Assembly: GCA_043799405.1 (NCBI GenBank)
Contig: JAZDNT010000003.1
Location: 79,461-143,460 of the forward strand
Length of the DNA stretch: 64,000 bases
DNA from: Candidatus Kerfeldbacteria bacterium
GTDB taxonomy: Bacteria > Patescibacteriota > Patescibacteriia > SBBC01
Reading direction: 5' to 3'
Under the pieces are notes generated by a model that worked only from the letters and a program-made list of their open reading frames with translations, was not told where the DNA came from and did no database searches. Of this stretch, positions 10,498 to 19,339 are shown in pieces. How positions within the stretch are numbered: position 1 is the first letter of the stretch; each line of letters opens with the position of its first letter. Both the position numbers and the translations under genes were made by a program.

Positions 10498-11058
10498 TTA
10501 GAAGTAGATGCTATCAGCATTATTGAGAATATTATTTTTACCAATGGATTCTAGAACTCTTCGTGCTCTTTCTTCAACCTGTCTGTAGCGTCCTGGCAGT
10601 ATAGTAATTAATTTCTCCCTAATAAAAGGGACGCCTCTATTACTATTTTTTCGTATATCTGATGGGTTTATCGTTATTTTCCCTAGTCTAGCTAAATGCC
10701 ATATTGCAATTAATAGAGAGCAGGGCACAAACTTCCTGGTATTGATATACCGCTTATACTCTTTTTGTAGTCTCCTAGACATCATATCAATAACCATATC
10801 ACTGTATTGAACTAAGCTACTTTCAAAAACAACAAAATCGGGCTCTACTCCATTTTGGTTTAAAGTCTGTAAAAAGTTTTCTACTGATAGAGTCTTCTCA
10901 ACTGGATTATAATCATCGATTAATACACAGGCCGTGTAGTCAATTTTTTTCAAATTTAAAGTGTCGATGACTCCTTTTGCAACTCTCATGCTCTCAAGTT
11001 TTTCAGAATCGATCTTTTCGTCGAGATATATATGTGTGTATTCAATATTCATGGTCAT
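10498..11058 (-). CDS. hypothetical protein
   Basis: 186-aa AT-rich ORF, divergent from the next gene. I recognise no motif. Confidence 0.55.
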   Translation of the reverse strand: MTMNIEYTHIYLDEKIDSEKLESMRVAKGVIDTLNLKKIDYTACVLIDDYNPVEKTLSVENFLQTLNQNGVEPDFVVFESSLVQYSDMVIDMMSRRLQKEYKRYINTRKFVPCSLLIAIWHLARLGKITINPSDIRKNSNRGVPFIREKLITILPGRYRQVEERARRVLESIGKNNILNNADSIYF

Positions 11059-11100
11059 ACGCCATTTGAATTCATGTTGTATTCATTATACAATATATTC

Positions 11101-11871
11101 ATGATGTCGCGCGAAGTAATACAAGACAGAAACAAACTTCTAGATTTTTTCCAAAAAGCTACTTTTTGGGACGAATTCGGGAATTCTTATCAAAATTTTC
11201 CTTGGGGTGAGTATTTGTATTGCCCAAAATGCAAATCTTTCGATGACTATGGTCCAAAAAACTCGTACGGATTTACCTGGTTCCAAGAAAAAAATACTAT
11301 GGATTGCCCAATTTGTAGCAGTAGGATGGAAAAATTTTGGTCTTACAATAGAATTTGGCATTATTTCGAGATTCAAACGAATTTTTTTTCTAAACAATTC
11401 TTATTGGTCGCAGCTAAAAAAAACGACAAATATATAGGATTGATCTTCGGAACGTATATTGAAAAAAGGGACATTCCGGATCTCACCGCTTGGTTCAATA
11501 ACAATAAGGTAACAAGGGCATTTTATATTGACCTAATTTTTATCTCTGCTTCCTTCCGACGAAGTAAAGGCATTAAAAACATTATTTCCGCGACGTTAAT
11601 TTTTGTAAAAATGATTTTTTCTCCACTCAAGTTTTCAATTTATGACCGACTTATCCAACTGCTCGGTAATCCAGTAATCTTTTATATATTTACGGAATTA
11701 ATAGAACAGTGTAAACAAAAAGGTGTTTTCGTTCTTATTTCGAGGACTCACAAAGTAGCAAAAAATGTTAAATTCATATTTCGAATAACAGGTTTTAGAC
11801 ATACAGATATTAGTAGCAAAGATGATAACGCAAGAGAGTATTTCTATACTAACTTGTCAAAAAATGCCTAG
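11101..11871 (+). CDS. hypothetical protein with zinc-ribbon and GNAT-like acyltransferase core (tentative)
   Basis: 256 aa from ATG 11101; the ORF opens at 11032, so the start is uncertain. CPKCKS...CPICSS zinc ribbon. GNAT-like strand-helix FYIDLIFISASFRRSKGI. Confidence 0.5.
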   Translation: MMSREVIQDRNKLLDFFQKATFWDEFGNSYQNFPWGEYLYCPKCKSFDDYGPKNSYGFTWFQEKNTMDCPICSSRMEKFWSYNRIWHYFEIQTNFFSKQFLLVAAKKNDKYIGLIFGTYIEKRDIPDLTAWFNNNKVTRAFYIDLIFISASFRRSKGIKNIISATLIFVKMIFSPLKFSIYDRLIQLLGNPVIFYIFTELIEQCKQKGVFVLISRTHKVAKNVKFIFRITGFRHTDISSKDDNAREYFYTNLSKNA

Positions 11872-12337
11872 AAAAAAATATCCCGGAACGGTATATTACA
11901 ACCCAAGACGCTACAAACAAAAGGTCACTTGCAATGGTCAGAAATAATCCACGTGGGCGATCTTTAATAAACCCTCTAATAAAAATTACAGTTACCAGTG
12001 GGCCAAAAATTATTGAGGAAATAAAATAAGCAAAAACGCTACTTATCCGCTTTGTTTTTGAAAGTAGTTTTGGCATTCTCTTTTCTTTCTCAGAATACCA
12101 CGTCCAAAGAACTTCGTTTAAAAAGAATAATTGGCCTGACTTATTTTTTTCACTTCTATTGGCCAAACAAAACAGGTAAATAGTTGGGATTAGAAATAAT
12201 AGAAAAGAAGCGAACATTGCCGTTAAGAAATACCGAAAAAAATAGCTTGAAATAAATAACACAGATTCAGTCAACAATAGCGTAATTAATGAAAAAAGGG
12301 TTGTACTTAATATCATTTTAAAACGTTCACGTGTCAT
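11849..12337 (-). CDS. multi-pass membrane protein
   Basis: 162 aa with about 4 hydrophobic helices. Its start overlaps the upstream methyltransferase stop (12334-12337). Confidence 0.6.
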   Translation of the reverse strand: MTRERFKMILSTTLFSLITLLLTESVLFISSYFFRYFLTAMFASFLLFLIPTIYLFCLANRSEKNKSGQLFFLNEVLWTWYSEKEKRMPKLLSKTKRISSVFAYFISSIIFGPLVTVIFIRGFIKDRPRGLFLTIASDLLFVASWVVIYRSGIFFSRHFLTS

Positions 12338-13047
12338 GAAGTTTTTATCGCACGACTAATGATATTCTGCCCCGCATAACTCTTCATATTAAATTTCGGA
12401 AAAAACCCGTAGTTTTTCAACAATCCAACATGATCGAGATGAGAATTAATATGGGGATTTTGTTTTACAAATAAATCTATAACAATATTGTAGTATAGGA
12501 ATTTTAAAAGTGATAATAATTGTTTTGTTTCTTTAACGAATGTACCGAGTATTCCAAATTTATTCAGATCGTATCTTAGGGCAGAAATATATATTCTCCT
12601 TTTTTTGAAATTATCCACCGGATCGGATATAACAAGAATGCCGCCACTTTTTAGAACACGGTGCAATTCTCTTAATATATCTCCTCGTTTTTCTATTACG
12701 ACTGAGTATAATACATTGTTTAATACAATTTTATCAAAACTTTCATTAGAAAACGGTAACTTCTTCGTAAGGTCGCCTATGATTCCTTTCTGATCACCAA
12801 CTTTCGTATTGTATATTTGAATTGCTGCGACATTGTTATCAATCCCTATACATTTTGCTCCTCTTTTTTTCATTTCTATAGAAAGGTTTCCGGTTCCGCA
12901 TCCTGCGTCCAAAATTGTTTCATTTGGAATAATATTCAAACAAGAACAGACATCAACAAGTAACTGTCTATATGGTTGAATACCATTCAGTACATCGTAA
13001 ACTTGAAAGTAATTCCTCCAAAAATTATTATCTAGCTTTCGATCCAT
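12334..13047 (-). CDS. class I SAM-dependent methyltransferase
   Basis: 237 aa. Motif I ILDAGCGTGNLS, IGIDNN, and DKIVLNNVLY...GGILVISD. Confidence 0.85.
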   Translation of the reverse strand: MDRKLDNNFWRNYFQVYDVLNGIQPYRQLLVDVCSCLNIIPNETILDAGCGTGNLSIEMKKRGAKCIGIDNNVAAIQIYNTKVGDQKGIIGDLTKKLPFSNESFDKIVLNNVLYSVVIEKRGDILRELHRVLKSGGILVISDPVDNFKKRRIYISALRYDLNKFGILGTFVKETKQLLSLLKFLYYNIVIDLFVKQNPHINSHLDHVGLLKNYGFFPKFNMKSYAGQNIISRAIKTS

Positions 13048-13093
13048 TAGATTTTTATTTCTTGAACATTATGTACATCATTACGTCCAACAA

Positions 13094-13119
13094 ACAAGGG
13101 GTTCGAATATTACCCCTGT
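13094..13119 (-). terminator. intrinsic terminator after the 7TM gene pair
   Basis: The minus strand reads ACAGGGGTAATATTCGAACCCCTTGT followed by TTGTTTGTT. Confidence 0.5.
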
Positions 13120-13154
13120 TCGAAAACTGTATCAAATGACGGTTTAACCATTTT

Positions 13155-13835
13155 CTACCTCCTTCTCCTCACCACATACGTAATCGCCCCCAACCAAATC
13201 ACTGTAGCAAGATTCGCCCATAATGTGTTGATATATAATGTTGGAAACGCTATAGGAATAATCAAATCAATCACTACAGCTGGTGCTCCGCCGAATACAA
13301 TTGACCAAAAGAGTATGGAAACGTTGGCTCTGATCACACCATCTAATTTATTTCTCCTGTAGTACAGTACAACCAAACCTGCGAGATAGGGAAGACAAAG
13401 AAAGATGTTATACGTATTATACACCGGACCTGGAATGATGATCCCTGATATTGTTGAAGAACCGGTAAATCCTTCAACTATCGCTTTTGAACTAAGAGAG
13501 ATGGCTGAAAAAATCCCCGTAGGTATATACAGTAAAATGACATGAAAAGCATCCACACGGAACAGTGGCGAAGGAAATACGAGGATAAGGTGTAAGAGTG
13601 CAGTCATTAACAGAATCCCAAAGACAAAAACTAATTTCATAAAAAGTATTGTCAGCGTTGTTTCTCCAACATACGACGTAGCAGCGGTTAACACCACCCA
13701 CATCCCCGTCGAAAAAGTCAACAGCACCATGACCTTACGAGTGGTGTTTCCACTCCTTGTAATCCAAAAGTATACAGCTAGAATTAACTCCCCTACACCG
13801 ATAAGATACGTCGCTGTTAGAAGGAAAGTTTTCAT
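13155..13835 (-). CDS. stand-alone 7TM membrane protein resembling histidine-kinase N-terminal 7TM sensor domains
   Basis: 226 aa from ATG 13835, which forms an ATGA overlap with the upstream stop. About 7 TM helices. Same helix pattern as the kinase N-terminus (LILAVYFWITR...). Confidence 0.6.
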   Translation of the reverse strand: MKTFLLTATYLIGVGELILAVYFWITRSGNTTRKVMVLLTFSTGMWVVLTAATSYVGETTLTILFMKLVFVFGILLMTALLHLILVFPSPLFRVDAFHVILLYIPTGIFSAISLSSKAIVEGFTGSSTISGIIIPGPVYNTYNIFLCLPYLAGLVVLYYRRNKLDGVIRANVSILFWSIVFGGAPAVVIDLIIPIAFPTLYINTLWANLATVIWLGAITYVVRRRR

Positions 13836-14491
13836 TTCTTTGCCACCAAAATATAACTCGTCATTCCAAGCCACGCCGAAGTCATCACTGAACCAACGTA
13901 CCCAAAAATATTCACAGTCACAAGCGGAAGAACGACATCAAAAAAGATGGAAAAGAGAAGTGAAACTAGTATCCCGAAAAGTATTAACCTAAGATTCTTC
14001 CTGATTATTCCATCAGATTTTTTAAATGTGCGAAAAAGATTTACTAATGACCATATCCAGTAGAAAACTAGCACCACGTTCATGAACCAAAAAAGTTGTC
14101 CTGGCTGTGTCATGTATCCAGGGGTAAATCGCGTTATTCCACGACCTACAATGAATGCATCACTAAAAATAAGTCCTGTACTAAATATTACCGCTGGCCA
14201 AACTGCCCACGGTACTTGTTCTCGAAAATTCCTTTGCGGGAATGGAAAGGATGTGCTAAACGGTAAAAACATTGCTGTCGCAATCATTCCACCGAGCCAA
14301 CTCATCTCCTCTGCATTATTAAATACATGAGATATAAATCCCATACCATTAGAGCCCACGTAAATTGCACTGCCAAAACAAAACAATCCAAACCAAAACG
14401 TCGACTGCTGGTTCTTATAACGGGTAAGGAAGAATACGCCGAGGATTAATTCGACGAGTGAAAGCGTGAGAAGGATGTAGCCGATTACCAT
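13832..14491 (-). CDS. stand-alone 7TM membrane protein, paralog-like to 13155-13835
   Basis: 219 aa from ATG 14491; the ORF opens at TTG 14545. LILGVFFLTRYKNQQSTFWFGLF..., about 7 TM helices. Confidence 0.6.
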   Translation of the reverse strand: MVIGYILLTLSLVELILGVFFLTRYKNQQSTFWFGLFCFGSAIYVGSNGMGFISHVFNNAEEMSWLGGMIATAMFLPFSTSFPFPQRNFREQVPWAVWPAVIFSTGLIFSDAFIVGRGITRFTPGYMTQPGQLFWFMNVVLVFYWIWSLVNLFRTFKKSDGIIRKNLRLILFGILVSLLFSIFFDVVLPLVTVNIFGYVGSVMTSAWLGMTSYILVAKK

Positions 14492-14570
14492 AATAAATGC
14501 ATTTCTTTCAATCTTTATTATAGCAAAAAAATCGGAAAAAAGCAAACCGATGCTCTTACCACCCCGATTG

Positions 14571-15719
14571 CTATTTTTTCAGAAACGCGTACAGCTGGTT
14601 CGTTTCTGTTAGCAACGGATCGACAATGTCACGGATCTTCTGCGACTTCTCTGTTACGTTGAGTCCGCGGTATATCGCTGTTCCCGAGCTGAAATCAGTA
14701 AATATGAACCATGAGTTATCAGGGGTCCACATCGAAGCTGCAATGCCCGACGTATCGGTTACCGTGTCGCTCGTAAGCGCAGACTCTTCACCGGAGTTAA
14801 GATCGATGACTGTCGGTATCCCGGCGTTCCCGGCATCGTTCGCTTTCAGGTACACGACCTTCGTCCCATCAGGGCTCGGCACGCCGAACGGTCCATCTGA
14901 CCATGTCTTGACTGGGTATACCTTATCCGAAAAATCCTTAAGAAGCGTCGCGTGCAGCCCCTCTTCGGTCGACCAGAGGAGCCGGGTCGACGCACCCGCC
15001 GTCGGGGAGAAGTACGTATCGAGCGCGAACGGTACGGTTACGGCTTTTAACGTCGTCGTACCGCGGTCCCATGAATAGAACGAGACGCCTGTCTGGTTCA
15101 TCGATGCGACGAGCACGCGCTTTCCGTCGTTCGTAATAGTAACGGGAACAACGCTCGGAAGCGCTGAACCGGAAACGTTTGCTGTAGTGAACAGCTTTGC
15201 CGTCGTCCCCTTCGCGATATCAAGCGAGTAGACTGCGGTCGGCAGCGTGTCGGAAGGCATGTCATTCTGTACCCTGCCGACGCCGAAGATGGCGAGCGTC
15301 CCGTCCGGAGACCACACGACGTAGTTCACCGCGTCACCTTCCGGCGCGGTAAAGCGAAGCTGCGGCGTGCCCTCGGGGAACACGATGTAGTACAGTTTCG
15401 TGTAATCCTCGCTCACGACAAGTTCGGCTTTGCCTGTCGGCGAAAGGGAGCGGCCTTCGAGCGTTGAAAAGCTCGGGTCAGCGTTCTTCGCGATCGTCGG
15501 TACCTTCGCTCCGGTCGAAACAGTGACAATGCTCGAGCCCGTTTCGTCGCCAGTAAGCATTGAACAATTGCAGAGCTCGCTGAGCGTGATAGGATTCTTA
15601 AGTTTTACTGAAGTCGATGTCGTCGTCTTATTACGCGACTTCGTATACAGTCCGCCGCCAATGGCAATGAGAATGATTGCTACGACGATGAAGACCGATG
15701 TAAGTTCGTTCTTTTTCAT
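14571..15719 (-). CDS. membrane-anchored protein with PD40/TolB-like beta-propeller repeats
   Basis: 382 aa. N-terminal TM anchor. Repeated motifs SLSPTGKAELV, VVWSPDGTLAIF, VPSPDGTKVVY and MWTPDNSWFIF. Confidence 0.65.
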   Translation of the reverse strand: MKKNELTSVFIVVAIILIAIGGGLYTKSRNKTTTSTSVKLKNPITLSELCNCSMLTGDETGSSIVTVSTGAKVPTIAKNADPSFSTLEGRSLSPTGKAELVVSEDYTKLYYIVFPEGTPQLRFTAPEGDAVNYVVWSPDGTLAIFGVGRVQNDMPSDTLPTAVYSLDIAKGTTAKLFTTANVSGSALPSVVPVTITNDGKRVLVASMNQTGVSFYSWDRGTTTLKAVTVPFALDTYFSPTAGASTRLLWSTEEGLHATLLKDFSDKVYPVKTWSDGPFGVPSPDGTKVVYLKANDAGNAGIPTVIDLNSGEESALTSDTVTDTSGIAASMWTPDNSWFIFTDFSSGTAIYRGLNVTEKSQKIRDIVDPLLTETNQLYAFLKK

Positions 15720-15746
15720 AATTGTATAAAACAGCGCTATACCAAT

Positions 15747-15775
15747 AGTGTAGCGGAATTTCTAGATGCTCGCAA
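15747..15775 (-). promoter_or_regulatory. candidate promoter TTGCGA-17-TACACT
   Basis: Read on the minus strand. The same architecture and flanking blocks recur at 16391-16419. Confidence 0.4.
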
Positions 15776-15800
15776 ACGGGAAGATTTTTACCTATCCGGC

Positions 15801-16364
15801 TTACCAGGTAATGCTCGACTTAAGAAGCTGCCACGCAGCATCAAGACTGTAATCAAGTTCGCCCTTATTGTACTCCAGCCTTACCGGCGACGACGCGTAC
15901 CGGGAAACGTACTGCCTCTTCGTAATCACGCCGACCCATTTCACGTCGCCCGGAGCGGTCGTGGTCTTTTTGTACGTGATCAGCTCTCCGGAATGGCCGT
16001 TGAGCGTGGATGGCCTAATCTTCGACGTATCCGTCACTCCCTTAAGCTCCTGCGCGAGGGTGTACGCCTGGCTGGATTCCTTCAGCGGAATCGATACCGT
16101 GATCCATGACGCATTGGCTGTCGCGGTCGAATTCAGCTGGTAGTTCTTGTAGTTCCCCTCTGTTGACGGCACGTCGGCCCAGGTAAGGCCTGCAGGCGAC
16201 TTGAACGTAACGCCGTTCGTACCGAGCGTCTGTTCGGACGCGGTAGTGGTATTCGTCGTTGTAGTGCTATTACTGTTCGTTGACCGCGTGCGCACCACGA
16301 AATACCCCCCGATGATGAGAATGATGACGACGATGATGATCGAGTAGAGTACGTGCTTCTTCAT
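15801..16364 (-). CDS. membrane-anchored hypothetical protein
   Basis: 187 aa. N-terminal TM helix (VLYSIIIVVIILIIGGYFVV), a T/N-rich linker, then a beta-rich domain. Confidence 0.6.
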   Translation of the reverse strand: MKKHVLYSIIIVVIILIIGGYFVVRTRSTNSNSTTTTNTTTASEQTLGTNGVTFKSPAGLTWADVPSTEGNYKNYQLNSTATANASWITVSIPLKESSQAYTLAQELKGVTDTSKIRPSTLNGHSGELITYKKTTTAPGDVKWVGVITKRQYVSRYASSPVRLEYNKGELDYSLDAAWQLLKSSITW

Positions 16365-16390
16365 ATGCGCGAAAACTGCACTATGTCCGA

Positions 16391-16419
16391 AGTGTAGCGG
16401 AAACCTCCGACTTCCGCAA
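16391..16419 (-). promoter_or_regulatory. candidate promoter TTGCGG-17-TACACT
   Basis: Read on the minus strand. Homologous to the element at 15747-15775. Confidence 0.4.
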
Positions 16420-16496
16420 ACAGAAAAATCTTTCTTGCTTATGGCGCGAGGACAGAAAACCCGGCTAAGTACTACTGCATTGCCTCGTCGGGAAAA

Positions 16497-17741
16497 TCAA
16501 CGGGTACCTAACCGTGTAACACCGATAAATAACTCATCAGATTTCACGGAAATCTCCCAATACTGCTTTGATGCTGGATCAATACCGTACGCTGCAGTAA
16601 CAACGTCGGACTGATCATTTCTATACGTTCTAACGGTCAAAACAGCCGTATCGGTTCCTAGCGTATAGAGATTGTACCGCGAAGAACCGTCAAAACCAAT
16701 TGACGTCAAACCCCTTGTTACCTCTCCCGTGTCTAAGTTAATCGTATATACTCCGAATTTATCATCCATAAGAACCACGTAATCTTCCGTAGCAACAATG
16801 CCTGCCTGCCCGCTCAGCAATGGTATATGCGCCAGTAATGACAGGGTGTTCGAGGTGATTTCGTATTCCAGCACATAAGACCCCGTATCCACATCGCCTT
16901 CGGTTTGGAGCACGACTCGATCATTTGAGCGCCATGCGGCAGCAATAAATCCACGGATGAGCGTGTGCGTTGATGCATCATATACCGTACTGACATCTCC
17001 CTTTACGGTACTCCATTCGACATCCTTGAACGTGGCGGGATCGTTCGGCGCGCTCAATGCCAGCTTGTTGACAGAAGTCATGCCGTTCACCCCGGCATCT
17101 ACAAGACGCGTGCCGTCCGGCGACCACGTAGTTGCTCCGCACGGTACCGAGACAACCAGTGTACCGCGAGCAACGTCGAAGATCCTATCATCGCACATTT
17201 CCCATCCAACAATAACTACGCTAGCGAATTGTCCGTTGGGCGACAGAGAGACGCCCGATATCCGCTTGTTCCTCGGTTCATCATTGCCGGTCCAGACATG
17301 CGATGCATCAACAAGTTTTATCGGCGAAGACGCGCCCTTCCGTAACACATATGCGCTGTCGGTCGATCCTTCGTTCCTCACGAATACCATCGCTCCGTTC
17401 TTTTCTGTATATGCCGCGCTGATAATCGATTCTGTCGAATCCAGCTTCTGTACGGTTGATACGGCTCCCGAGGAAATTGTACGTGCAATGACCGATCCGG
17501 TACTAATACTATATACAGCGCCACTTTGCACTGGAGGCGAAACCTTTGCAAATGGTTCTGTGGTGTACGTTGGAATTTCCGATATGGTATCAGTGTTAGT
17601 GTTTCTGTTACTATCTGGTGTTTGTGAAACCCCATTATTGAACACGTGCGGAGTGCTGACGTAAACCGCAATTGCGGTGAACAAAAGCACCCCTATAGTG
17701 ATAATGATTGACTCCCTTGTCGAAATAAATGATCGTTTCAT
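16497..17741 (-). CDS. membrane-anchored protein with PD40/TolB-like repeats
   Basis: 414 aa. TM anchor. Motifs SLSPNGQFASV and TTWSPDGTRLV. Confidence 0.6.
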   Translation of the reverse strand: MKRSFISTRESIIITIGVLLFTAIAVYVSTPHVFNNGVSQTPDSNRNTNTDTISEIPTYTTEPFAKVSPPVQSGAVYSISTGSVIARTISSGAVSTVQKLDSTESIISAAYTEKNGAMVFVRNEGSTDSAYVLRKGASSPIKLVDASHVWTGNDEPRNKRISGVSLSPNGQFASVVIVGWEMCDDRIFDVARGTLVVSVPCGATTWSPDGTRLVDAGVNGMTSVNKLALSAPNDPATFKDVEWSTVKGDVSTVYDASTHTLIRGFIAAAWRSNDRVVLQTEGDVDTGSYVLEYEITSNTLSLLAHIPLLSGQAGIVATEDYVVLMDDKFGVYTINLDTGEVTRGLTSIGFDGSSRYNLYTLGTDTAVLTVRTYRNDQSDVVTAAYGIDPASKQYWEISVKSDELFIGVTRLGTR

Positions 17742-17779
17742 AGCCTAACTATAAATTATTCTGGTAGTTTATGAAAGTT

Positions 17780-17810
17780 GGGGAGAGGACTAGACATCCG
17801 TCCTCTCCCC
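17780..17810 (-). terminator. hairpin terminator after the M23 peptidase gene
   Basis: Perfect 11-bp stem GGGGAGAGGAC/GTCCTCTCCCC with a 9-nt loop. Confidence 0.5.
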
Positions 17811-17816
17811 TTCGAT

Positions 17817-18506
17817 CTACGGCATCGACATCCACTGGTACGAATTGTACCAGCCGCCCACGTAGAGGTTGTACTGCCCAGAAATGCCTGACTGCGGGAT
17901 GCTCGGGCCATTGATCCTTCCGCCACCTCCCCAAGAGGCTGGGCTGTGGACGGAAAAATGAATGTGGGGACCACTCGACTGACCGGTGTTACCACACCTG
18001 CCGAGAATCGCTCCCTGAGCAATCGACATATTGGCGCCCACTCCGAAACTCGAGAGGTGAGCCACACGATACAAGCGACCGTAGCCGGCATCGACCACTA
18101 CCGTGTTTCCGTAGTCTCCCCACCAGCCCGCGTAGAGCACGCGTCCCCCAGCCGGAGCGACCACATACGCGCCATAATCCTGCCAGCCAGGGAGATTCCA
18201 GTCGACTGCGTAGGTTTCATTTCCTGTGTGTGCGCCGCAGCCGTAGAAGCAGGAGATCTGCCAGCGGCCGACAAACGGGAACTTCCACCCGTAACAGGTG
18301 ATCGCGGCCGGCTGAACCCCCGGCTTCTTCACCCCGAGCTGCGAGGGTTCGATCTGCTGCGTTTCGGACGGATTCTCCGTATTCCCCCGATACAGCGCCT
18401 TGATCGCTCCCCAGCTCGACCGGTTGACCGGCCGTTCCTGCGCGGACGCGTATGGTGCCAGCACGGCACCGATGCACAGCATCACTACGACAACACGTTT
18501 CCACAT
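17817..18506 (-). CDS. secreted M23/LytM-family peptidase
   Basis: 229 aa from ATG 18506; the ORF opens at TTG 18533. Signal peptide MWKRVVVVMLCIGAVLAPYASA. M23 signature GNTGQSSGPHIHFSV. GC3-rich codons. Confidence 0.8.
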   Translation of the reverse strand: MWKRVVVVMLCIGAVLAPYASAQERPVNRSSWGAIKALYRGNTENPSETQQIEPSQLGVKKPGVQPAAITCYGWKFPFVGRWQISCFYGCGAHTGNETYAVDWNLPGWQDYGAYVVAPAGGRVLYAGWWGDYGNTVVVDAGYGRLYRVAHLSSFGVGANMSIAQGAILGRCGNTGQSSGPHIHFSVHSPASWGGGGRINGPSIPQSGISGQYNLYVGGWYNSYQWMSMP

Positions 18507-18705
18507 GACCTTACCCCTCTTCGTTGAAGTCAACTGCGTTCACTGCGCGACATGGTGCTGCACTGCTGTACAGATACGGGTCACCTCCTTTACCCCGCAC
18601 CCATTATGGTGCGCGGGTTTCTTGACAACGAACGAATGAACGGACATGAACACACGGTGGCACAAGAATTGCGCCACCGTGGCTCGGGATTGGAAAACGG
18701 GCTTT

Positions 18706-19257
18706 TTACATCTGATTCTTTATTGTCGGTTGCTTCCGGCTGATTTGTAAACAGCTGCCGGCTGCTTTCACGAAAGCCATCACACAATACCCGCTTATAA
18801 CCAATAGGAATGGTATACTCGCTGCAGCAGTTGAAAAAACCGCACTTAACGCATATGGGCTGTACTCGACGCCCGTTGGACCAACGACATTCTTCCAGGG
18901 CGGTAAAAAAAGAATTTCTACCAAGGCAGGAAGTCCCGCAATAATGAGCGAGCAAAGCAATACCTGCGTAAGGCGTCGATTAAACGACGCCTTAGTTGCC
19001 GTATGAAGGTAGCCTAATAAAACTCCGAAGAGTATCGGCATAATTACCAGACTGATCCAGAAGAACACCATAAGCAGGTATCCCATCCATATGTTCTGAT
19101 TCCGACACCATCCCAAATCTGCCGCCTCTGTAGAACAACTTTCTATAGGAAACGCTCCGAATGAGCGCGGCAGGAAGAAAGCAAAAAGAACTATGATGAT
19201 TGCGATCACTAAAGCTGTTTTGGTGGTCGAAAATGTATGTGGAATGGTCATATGCAT
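18706..19257 (-). CDS. multi-pass membrane protein
   Basis: 183 aa from ATG 19257; the longer ORF to 19422 has a non-protein-like N-terminus. About 4 TM helices. Lower GC than both neighbours. Confidence 0.55.
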   Translation of the reverse strand: MHMTIPHTFSTTKTALVIAIIIVLFAFFLPRSFGAFPIESCSTEAADLGWCRNQNIWMGYLLMVFFWISLVIMPILFGVLLGYLHTATKASFNRRLTQVLLCSLIIAGLPALVEILFLPPWKNVVGPTGVEYSPYALSAVFSTAAASIPFLLVISGYCVMAFVKAAGSCLQISRKQPTIKNQM

Positions 19258-19277
19258 AGTCAGTAGAAACGAATAGG

Positions 19278-19315
19278 CTGGGAAGGTTGTATCAATTCTG
19301 ACACAACCTTCCCAG
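19278..19315 (-). terminator. hairpin terminator
   Basis: Perfect 13-bp stem CTGGGAAGGTTGT/ACAACCTTCCCAG with a 12-nt loop, directly after the stop at 19340. Confidence 0.55.
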
Positions 19316-19339
19316 CGATGTCCAAGGGTACTGCCGCGG

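Noticed and set aside
13098-13106. GGTTCGAAT, a tRNA T-arm-like string.
   Set aside because: The surrounding sequence folds only as a simple terminator hairpin. There is no acceptor, D or anticodon arm. I saw no tRNA elsewhere in the intergenic regions.
17749-17766. YQNNL-stop next to the 16497-17741 start, resembling the RNHCP C-terminus RQYSL-stop. It was considered as a remnant bracketing the M23 block.
   Set aside because: Only 12 of 18 nt match over 6 codons, with no extension upstream. That is too short to distinguish from chance.
18581-18591. TCACCTCCTTT on the plus strand, identical to a 16S rRNA 3'-end (anti-SD) string and repeated at 19949-19959.
   Set aside because: No rRNA-like flanking sequence is present. 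It is the complement of an SD-like box in the minus-strand leaders and is reported as such.
18507-18700. The idea that the leader of the M23 peptidase gene is a c-di-AMP (ydaO-type) riboswitch, which often precedes cell-wall hydrolase genes.
   Set aside because: I could not find the pseudo-symmetric conserved ydaO core sequences by eye. It is left as an unclassified conserved leader pending a covariance-model scan.
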